From positions 140,306,001 to 140,370,000 of the forward strand of contig OZ024740.1 in assembly GCA_964016885.1 (NCBI GenBank): DNA of 64,000 nt, in the 5' to 3' direction. The position numbers were made by a program, and so were the translations under genes. The notes under the pieces are model-generated. The model was given only the letters and a program-made list of their open reading frames with translations. It ran no database searches and was not told the origin of the DNA. Positions 55,470-64,000 of the stretch are shown one piece after another; the stretch's first letter is position 1; the number at the start of each line of letters is the position of its first letter. Source of the DNA: Eledone cirrhosa. Lineage: Eukaryota.

Positions 55470-57010
55470 TTATGTATTACAATTTATATATTTAAACGTT
55501 GAGTTCAATCTAGGTTTGCAAGAACTGAAAAGATTACTTCTTAAATTAACAGAATGTTTACTTTTTAATATAAAGAATATTTCCTCTATACAAAGAGCGC
55601 AATTTTCAGAAGAAGCATTGAATGGAGGAGCTTTAGAGATAATATTCCAAAGTAAAGAATAGTTAATGTTCTTTGATTTTAGGTCCCATAGTAAATTAGA
55701 TAGAGAAGTTGAAGATTTTTTATTTATATTCGTAAAAGAGCATTTATGGTTATTAAAACGAGACTTAAAATCTGTGGAGGTAGAGCCTACATAATTAAAT
55801 GAATTTATATTAGTTTTTACATTACAATTATATACTATATTTTTAACTAAACAATTGTTATTTAACGGACAGTTAGATTTATTTCTACAGTTACATTTAT
55901 CAAAATTTGAGTTCCTATGTGCCGTATTATTCAGTTGGATATTGCTGGGGTTATTAATGTTATTAATGGTATTCTGGTTAGGTTTTAAGTTTCTATTATT
56001 AATTCTATTAATATTCTGCGCTAAATTACTGGTGGTTGAATACGTTAATTTTATAGTACGTCTCTTAAATATTGAGTAATACCTATGTGTTCTAGGGAAG
56101 CATTTATCTAGAGCTTTAAAGAATAATTTAGCAATAGGAGTTTTAATACTTAATGAGAAAGGAGGAGCGAACCATAATATATTCCTAGTTCTATTTCTTT
56201 TTTTATTTTTTGAATTATTGTAAGGTTTTCTATTATAGCTGTTAAAATTATAGTTATTTGTTATATCATTACTATCAATGTATTTAATTTTATTACTATA
56301 TCCAGCTCTACCTAACGCTTCGTTATAATATTGCGCTTTATCTTCAAAAATATTCTTATTAGCTGAAATTCTAGAAATACGTTGCTGCACAGAGTTTACT
56401 ATAGTGTTTTTAACGGATCTGGGGTGATTTAAATTAAAATTGACGTAGTTTAAGTTCTCGTTTATTTTGTGAAATGGATAATAAAGACCTGTGTTAAGGT
56501 TTAAAATTACATCTAGAAAGTTAACTATTTTATAATTATTCTCTATTTCTACTTCTAGATTAAGGTAATTAAAAAATTGTATAATTTCTTTTCTTTTCCT
56601 ATTTATTTCACAGTTATTATTATTTTCTATAAGTAATAGCATATCGTCGCGATATAAACCTCCGGTCATCTCCGGTATTTTCCTATGTAGAGTATTATTA
56701 ATAAAAAGCCCCACAAGATCAGTTATTTGGGCGGAATCCGATGACCCCATGGTGATATCGAAATTATTATCTCTGACTGCTCTAGTCCAGAAGTGGTTGT
56801 TAAATTTAATTAATGTTTTCCGTGCAGTTAAGATAATGCGCATTTCATTACTAGTTAAGTCTGTATGTTTAAAGGCATATGTTAGGGCTTTGTTAGGTAG
56901 ATTAGGAGTGATGGATGAGTAATAATTAACAATATCCAATTGAATAAACTTATTATTATAGTTATATTTAATGTCTTTAAACCAGTCGATAACTTCGTTA
57001 GTTCCTTTCT
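55470..57010 (-). CDS. PLE reverse transcriptase-GIY-YIG endonuclease, N-terminally truncated but otherwise open
   Basis: (NEVIDWF...FIQ)LDIVNYYSSIT, FDITMGSSDSAQITDLVG, GLYRDD, VNFLDV; CNCRNKSNCPL; IVY...YVGST..FKSRFNNH. Confidence 0.9.
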
Positions 57011-57064
57011 ATAATTTTAAATAATTTTAAATAAAGTTAAAATTGATAAAACTAACCTATATTA

Positions 57065-57130
57065 TATTTTATCTGATGAAAGCGCACCATAGTTTGCTCA
57101 GGTGGCCCTTGAAATATGTATAATGAAATA
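57065..57130 (+). ncRNA. Hammerhead ribozyme motif in the inverted 5' pLTR
   Basis: tattttat-CTGATGA(57073)-aagcgcacc...ggtggccctt-GAAA(57111)-tatgta-TA^-atgaaata. Confidence 0.87.
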
Positions 57131-57261
57131 AATATGGTTTTATAAATATAGTTTCCATTTGTTAATATATTGTATATTTACTCCAATAATTTGTTGAGGG
57201 CTTTATATCAGTTATAAAAACTATTTTGCTTGTTGTATCCCAACAAATTAAATATAACCTC

Positions 57262-57306
<45 letters not shown>

Positions 57307-57858
57307 CCCCTCCCCCTCTCTATATATAAACCATCCCTTTCTCTATATATTAAAACCACCCTCTCTATATATTATAACACCCCTCTCTCTCTCTATATAT
57401 ATATATATATTTAATCCCTCTCTCTATATATATTTTAACCCTCCTTTCTCTATATTATAAACCCCTTTCTTTAAATATAGTATAACTCCTCTCTCTCTAT
57501 ATATATATATAATAACCCATCCCTTTCTCTATATTATAACCCCCTCTCTCTAAATATATTATAACCCCCCCCCCCCTCTCTCTCCTTTCCAAACGTTGCA
57601 ACGCTCTTTGATTTTCTTTCGCCGTAGATTTTCGTAGATTGTTTACCACCCCACTTCCATTGTTTTAGCACGTCTCACGGAGACGTCATTCGACTTTTAT
57701 TTATATTACTGAAAGCGTGACACACACGGTCGGACGTACGGTACGTAGGTATTAGCATATTAATATATAGATTATCATCGGCAGCGTTGTGGTCATCGTC
57801 ATAGTTGGTGATGACAAAAATACTTTAAGTTACTAAATACGTAAAATACATAGTTAGA

Positions 57859-57906
<48 letters not shown>

Positions 57907-58099
57907 TGTTTACTTGTCTCACTCGCTTTACGCGTTTCAATTGTCCTAATAACTTATTTTAGTTATTATCGCTCCAACGTGAGGTATATGATTTTTAATG
58001 CGATGAAATACCAATGATCGTTGGCAAATCACTGATGAGGGACTCATTTTATAACATGTAAATCCATGTGCAACCATGCAGTATTCTTCTCCCCATATT

Positions 58100-58130
<31 letters not shown>

Positions 58131-58602
58131 GGTGTGTGTGTGTGTGTAGTGACCAACGGCAACAGTACGAAACAGTCGATGAAAGGTTGTTTCGCCCATC
58201 CCCTCCTTCTGCTCTGCCTCTCCTACGTGCAAAACCCCAGGTGTATGCCACCACATGGTCCATGGAGAGGGATGAGTCCCACCAGGGTTTAAAATTTCCA
58301 AGGCACGTTGTGTGAGAGGACGGCGCCTCTACGATTCCATCCGGAGTTAAGGGCTCTTTTCCTCATATAAATATGTATGTGTATAATTATGCTTTTAAGG
58401 ATATGAATACGCCGCAATGGTATTTGATTACATTTGATTGTGTGTGTGTGTATAAGCGTTAAACTAATATATTGCTTCCATGTACTGTGCCGTTTGTTTT
58501 GTTATTTCACACACACACACAAATATGAAAAGTAACACAAATTTTTTAGCTTGACTATGTCTGATCAGTAATGAAAATAAAATACCATGAATGTGCCATT
58601 AA

Positions 58603-58788
58603 GGTGGATTGGCAGTATCGGTAGAGGGTCGGGCACCATGCTTTGAAGCACAAAGTTACCTCCCTTTATGATCTGAGTTCAAATCCCGCCGAGGTTAACT
58701 TTGCCTTTCATCCTTACGGGGTCGATAAAATAAGGTACCAGTAATGCACTGGGATAATTACTGGCCTGGTGCCAAAAGTAGAAACAGT
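58603..58788 (+). mobile_element. SINE family B
   Basis: Highly similar to 18551-18732. Confidence 0.85.
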
Positions 58789-61094
58789 TAAGTATGTTGG
58801 TCTTAAAGCTTTCGGGACATCACTTGCGCGCGCGCGCGCCCGTGTGCGTGTGTGTAACGTTTGACAACATATAGAAAGGGACGAGTATAGAATGGTGAAA
58901 CAGTACCACTTAAAACACAAAATGGCAAATAATAAAGTTTACCTCAAAAAAAAAAAAAAAAAGTAGTATGTTAGGGAGGGATTTAAAATGAATTGAAGGA
59001 ATATACACATTAACCAGTGTCAGATATTGCTACAGTTACCTCCGCGCGGACACATACGCACGCTTATCGTCTGCTGAGACAACTGAATGAATGCTTACAT
59101 TTGAATGAAGTTTAGATTTTCATTTTACCTTTCCTTCGTTGTTTTTCAATAGCAGTGACTTATAGAGTTGTGAAGGGGATTAGAGCGAATATGTTGGTAT
59201 TTCTTAGTCTGGATTTATTCATATATTTATTTTGTACGAGCTAGCTCTAGCTGGTCAAGCGGCATGTTACGGTAAAATAGATTCGAGTAACAATCCAAGG
59301 GAAATAATTCGTGCAGGCTTTCTGAATGTTTCGAGATTTACTTTTCTTCGTCTCTGATTTAACTAACATTTTATTAGATTTCTACTTCACTGTAGTTAAT
59401 ATTGCACGATTTCTACACATTTAAGATTCATTGTACAGTATTACCGCTACTTATAGGATACATACCGCTAATTTCCCCATTTCACATATTTATAGGAATT
59501 TTGTCAACAACATTTAGATATTTTTTGTTGTTGTTTTACTGCGGCCATGCTGGGCTGGGATTAGTTTTGGGGGTTATTTTTTTAAATAATTAATCTTGAA
59601 TTTTTTCTTTGCCTGGTGCCATGTATTTTTAATATTCTGTGTATGTATATTGAGGTCGTCTTGACTTTATGAGGTTTCTAATGACGGATGTAGTGATTAA
59701 ATAATATACATAACAATTTAATAATAATGAAATTATTGTGTAGTGTTCAGGTGCACTACAACACATTTGTTTGTTTTTAATAAAAATATTTTATTTTACT
59801 GTATATTTCAAATGTTTGTTTATATTATTATAAAGAAAGGATTGTTATTATTCAATACATGATCAACAAATAAAATACACAATCAAAATAATATTTTTTT
59901 TTTTAATCTGGTTGTCGTCAGTTATTGCACTGGAATGTATTATATATAGAATCAGTGTGTCCCTAACATTACATGTTCATCTATGGGCCTATAACTCCTC
60001 ATGGAGTCGTAGCAAAAACGTTTTGGCATTTTTTTAAAATCTGGCAGGACCCATTCCATACTAGGGAGCAAACATCAGGGCGCATTACTGAACCTTATAG
60101 GATCGCAGTTTTATATAAATTTGCATAATCAAATTAAATATATAAAAATTTCCTGCATATCAATAAATAAATCTTTAAACATCTCTGCTGCATCTGTGTT
60201 GTGGAATAAAACAATTCTTGGGGGCTTTAATAATAGGACCCTAGTCATGGGTTTGATTTGTGGACAGTGTCTCAAGAAACCTCCTATGAAATGCAGCCTT
60301 AGGTCAGCTAAACCTATATGGATGTGAACTCTAATTTTTTTTTACCGTGTCATCCATAGTTAACTGTGGGTTTTGAAACACAGTCTGTTAAACATGATAA
60401 TAAAGTAAAATCTTAAAACATTTTTTGTTAATAAATGCCCAGATATTATGATAATAATAATGATAATGATAATTATGATAATAATAATGATAATAATAAT
60501 GAAAATAGTGTGTACAGTGCTCAGGTGCACTACAACTCATCAAAAAGTGTATGTATAGTACATAGGGTAATGTACAAACGTCAGGAAAATGAACAGTGCA
60601 TGAGTCATGATATACACGTGTGCATGTGTATGGAAGGGGTACATCAGGTGTGCATATAAATAGTGTAGAAAATTCAAAAAATAGAGAGAAATTGTGTATG
60701 TATGTGTATATATATATATATATTTAATAAAGCTGGACATGGAAAAAAATGTTCTTTTTAAAGAAAGAAGTGGGACAAATGAACAAAAGTATCTCACTTC
60801 CTCATCAGCCACTCTCTGGTCAATGCAATTTCATTCATAAGGATGGTATTGTATAATATTAAGCCCAGGGTATGCAATGGCCTAGAACAAACCACTTGAC
60901 AGATAGATGCATATGAGACAGCACAACAACATAGAGAGACGGGACAACAAGTGAGTGTCTTTCAACTAAGACAGCAAAGTGAGTACTTGAATAACAATAA
61001 AATAAATCTTGCAGCTGAAAACAGAACAGGATATGGTGCAAACAAGATATGCAAGGTAACACTGGAAGGATAGAAAAATATAAATATATATATA

Positions 61095-61437
61095 AAAGAC
61101 CTCCTTCAGTCACGAATGACCATGGGATTTGCACCTAGAAAGTTCCCTTCCATGGCACAAGTCCAGGCAAGGTTGTTTGTAAAAGACCAGTAGTCGCCCA
61201 TGCATACCAGTTGCCCATGTATACCAGTCTCCTCTCTCCATGCCACCGATGTTGTCCAAGGGAAAGGCAGCTTAGCACCAGTGATGTTGCAACTCATTTC
61301 TACAGCTGAGTGAACTGGAGCAATGTGAAATAAAGTGTCTTGCTCAAGAACTCAATGCAAAGCCCGGTCCAAGAATTGAACTCACAACCTCACGATTGTA
61401 TGCCCAACCCTCTAACCACTAAGCCATGCACCTTCAC
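61095..61437 (-). mobile_element. tRNA-derived SINE
   Basis: Reverse complement begins gtgaaggtgcatggcttagtggttagaggg...gagttcaattc. Confidence 0.75.
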
Positions 61438-61712
61438 ATCACACACACACACACACACGTTTGTGCTTGATCTTCACCAAATCCAACAATGAGTTTTCAG
61501 TTGTCTAAACGTGCAAGTCTTTGAGCATTTCACAGACATGTGTGCCCTTAATGTAATTTCCAGGATGATTCAGTGTAGCAAGGCTGATCTTTTAAATTAC
61601 AAGTACAACCCATTTTTGCCAGCTGAATAAACTGGAGTAATGTGAAATAAAATGAACGTCTGCACTGTCAAAAATGATAAGAGCAATATACTTATCATTA
61701 TATATATATATA

Positions 61713-62150
61713 CTAGCAGAGGTACCCGGCGTTGCTCGGGTATTAAATACCAGTTGTGTATACCATTTATGTCAATACTTCAGTGCTACTTTGAAAACTA
61801 TACTTTTACAAAATCATCGGCTTTTTCCAAAAGAGGGTTCCTGCCCCCAGGGGTCCCCTACTCAATATGTGCCAATTCTGAGAGTTCACATTCATCTGTA
61901 GGACAAACGTAGCCCATGTGTCAAGTTTTGTGAAAATCGGTTGCGAACTCCAGAAGTTATGACGTTTTGTTGTATTGCCCTACAGTGCTTCAGTCGACTC
62001 CAAGGAAGTGGTTAAAGGGGGTTATCTGCCGGGAGGCCCTATAATCAATATCTGGAAAAATGAAAGTTCCCATGACCATCCGGAGTACATAAATAACCTA
62101 TGTCTTAAGTTTGGTGAAAATACTGTAGAAATGCATAAGGTTTATACACG
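61713..62150 (-). mobile_element. Helitron 3' end; 5' boundary unclear
   Basis: A|CTAG plus hairpin acccggcgttgctcgggt, similar to 10963. Confidence 0.6.
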
Positions 62151-63134
62151 CGCGCGATCGTGTGTGTGTGTGTGTGTTTGTGAGAGGGGGGGGGGGGGTA
62201 TTTGTGTGTGCGTATGTATGTGTATGTCCGTCGGGGCATACGTATGTACTGGCCTAAATCTTCACTATTTACTTTTACTATTTTAATAACCTCTGTCATT
62301 TTCGTTTTCAATTTTATTTACATCATTCTTAAACTCCGGGGCTGGAAATCATTATTTTAAATAGAATATTAGTCTAACGACTCCATTTATACCATAAACT
62401 TGGTCTTGTCTTTGCATGAAATTGTTCTTCTCGCTCCACATAACGTATTATCCTCGCTTTTTTTCCCGTTCATTGCCAGGGAACGTCTTCACGAACCAAA
62501 ATATCATCTTCCTGTTTTCGTTCAGTTGGAACGTTTCTCGAAATATTTACTTCTGCGTTCACAGATTACTCTCAGTTCAATTTGAATGGGAAATTCCTGT
62601 TTCATCGATTTTCACTGTAACCATGGAAGCTTGTAGCTTGAAAGTCGACCCAACGCCTCCTCGGGTCATTCTGCATAACTGTGTAAATTTTTGCTGCATT
62701 CCACCAAGCAGTTTCGAAGTTTATCTGACTACACCTACCTACTTAAATATACAACATCCAACCACTTCCAATTTATATAGTAGATATATAGTATCAACAG
62801 AAAATGCACACTGAAAACCTTTTACATAATACAAACAACATATCAAGAGGATTTGGTTTTCCTCTTCAGCACTTAGGAGTATATCAGCACTATACAGCTT
62901 TTGACACTCTACAAGTTTTTCCTCACCAATATCTCCCATTCCCATCACAAGAAATAACAAGCTAAACCTCATTACAAAACAAGACTGATGCAGTACACGA
63001 ACAGGAGGAGTCTCCCACACAGAACCTCCACAAAAATAAGAAAACAGTGATTCACTCACCTCAGGAACATGGAGTTGCACTAGGTGATGCAGTAGAAATT
63101 TGAATGAAACTCCCAAGAAATAATCATAATAATT

Positions 63135-63400
63135 TCTTATACAGGCACAAAGCCAGAAATTTGAGAGGAAGGTTTAGATGAAAGGCAAGATCGACCTTGG
63201 CGGGATATGAATTCAGAATGCAATGTGCAGGATAAAAAAACACAATATTTGTCAGATGCTCTAAACATTCTGCCAATCCACTGCTCTAAAATAATAATAT
63301 TAATAATTTCTTACATAGGTACAAGGCCAGATATTTTGTGGAGATGGAACAGTTAAATATATTAACCCCAGTACTTGACTAGTACTTTATTTATCAAGAT
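63135..63400 (-). mobile_element. Two SINE family B fragments
   Basis: gatgaaaggcaagatcgaccttggcgggatatgaattcagaa; cccagtacttgactagtactttattt. Confidence 0.65.
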
Positions 63401-63491
63401 AGGTGATGTGAGGAGAAAAGATGAGTCAGTTTGGAGTGCCTGAGTGGATATGGTATAAGTTCAGCAAGTTTTTAGCGAGAAAAAAAAATTA

Positions 63492-64000
63492 TCAAAACTC
63501 AGGCCTCTCTAATTTAAGTGCTTCACAAATATGATTGCATTTTGAGTGGACTTTATTGAAGAAAAGTTTGAAACCTTCAATTCCAAAGTCACATGTGCTG
63601 CTATCACCTGTAACTGTATGAAACTGCGGATCAGTGAGATAGATTACATTCTGTACACCATTTGGCAACCAGCCTTGTAGATCAACAACCATTAACTTGC
63701 CACAAGATTTAGAATATGTAAAGTGAGTGAAAGCTGTTGACATGTCACAACCTCTAGGATTACAGTAATCATAGTTATTGGTTAATTTCAGAAATTCTCC
63801 CTCTACGAATGGCTCGATGTTCACCCAGAACTCTACTTCACCATTGGCATCCAATAAATGCATGTAAGCAGCCGGCAGATAATGAATACGCATGTCAGAT
63901 TTGTAAGATTTGAGAGCTTGGTTGAAATATGTCACGTAGAGGCCTGCCTCCATCTGGCAAACAACATCATCAATATAATCAAGTGGATCTTTCTCTTTTC
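63492..64000 (-). CDS. ALPK1: Alpha-kinase domain C-terminus, ALPK1-like (frame runs off the window)
   Basis: DDVVCQMEA..YVTYFN, IEPFVEGEFLKLTNN, AFTHFTY, VVDLQGW, IYLTDPQFH, H..CNHIC..LKL.RP; open from the window edge to the TGA at 63492; the symbol indicates similarity, not proven orthology. Confidence 0.85.
   Translation of the reverse strand, partial: KEKDPLDYIDDVVCQMEAGLYVTYFNQALKSYKSDMRIHYLPAAYMHLLDANGEVEFWVNIEPFVEGEFLKLTNNYDYCNPRGCDMSTAFTHFTYSKSCGKLMVVDLQGWLPNGVQNVIYLTDPQFHTVTGDSSTCDFGIEGFKLFFNKVHSKCNHICEALKLERPEF

Larger units (their letters stand above)
54064..57177 (-). mobile_element. Penelope-like element 2, 5'-truncated, with ~132-bp inverted pseudo-LTRs (54064-54196 / 57046-57177)
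   Basis: RT plus GIY-YIG ORF; near-perfect inverted terminal repeats; located in (TA)n. Confidence 0.93.
53730..57771 (-). mobile_element. Non-autonomous Helitron with an internal C/T-rich minisatellite, split by a nested PLE
   Basis: A|CTAG at 53730 with hairpin cgtgaa-aata-ttcacg; tatataGA|T at 57771; the same minisatellite at 53760-53990 and 57300-57580. Confidence 0.75.

Noticed and set aside
55470-56939. Selenoprotein-type PLE (UGA recoding)
   Set aside because: No in-frame TGA, TAA stop, and the endonuclease is C-terminal rather than Naiad-type N-terminal

Overview
Repeat-dense, AT-rich eukaryotic (metazoan) DNA. The SINE families and microsatellite load suggest a cephalopod/Octopus genome (inference). 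The only clear host-gene sequence is the C-terminal alpha-kinase domain of an ALPK1-like gene on the minus strand at the right edge. The rest is mobile DNA: a head-to-tail array of three L1/Tx1-clade LINEs joined at (AAT)n tracts plus a decayed fourth copy, two 5'-truncated Penelope-like elements (PLEs; RT plus C-terminal GIY-YIG) bracketed by inverted terminal repeats, a decayed CRE-clade RLE retrotransposon with a PHD-like finger, Tc1/mariner relics and MITEs, non-autonomous Helitrons, many tRNA-derived SINEs, and micro/minisatellites. The most interesting signal is non-coding. Short cassettes sit between (TA)n tracts as long foldback palindromes or a direct-repeat-bounded unit, and several carry complete minimal type I hammerhead ribozyme motifs (17.7, 22.5, 23.5, 24.0 kb; also 54.1/57.1 kb in the PLE termini). 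Shared sequence links several of them to PLE termini, suggesting a (TA)n-targeted PLE-derived 'foldback/retrozyme' system. All coordinates and pairings were read by eye.
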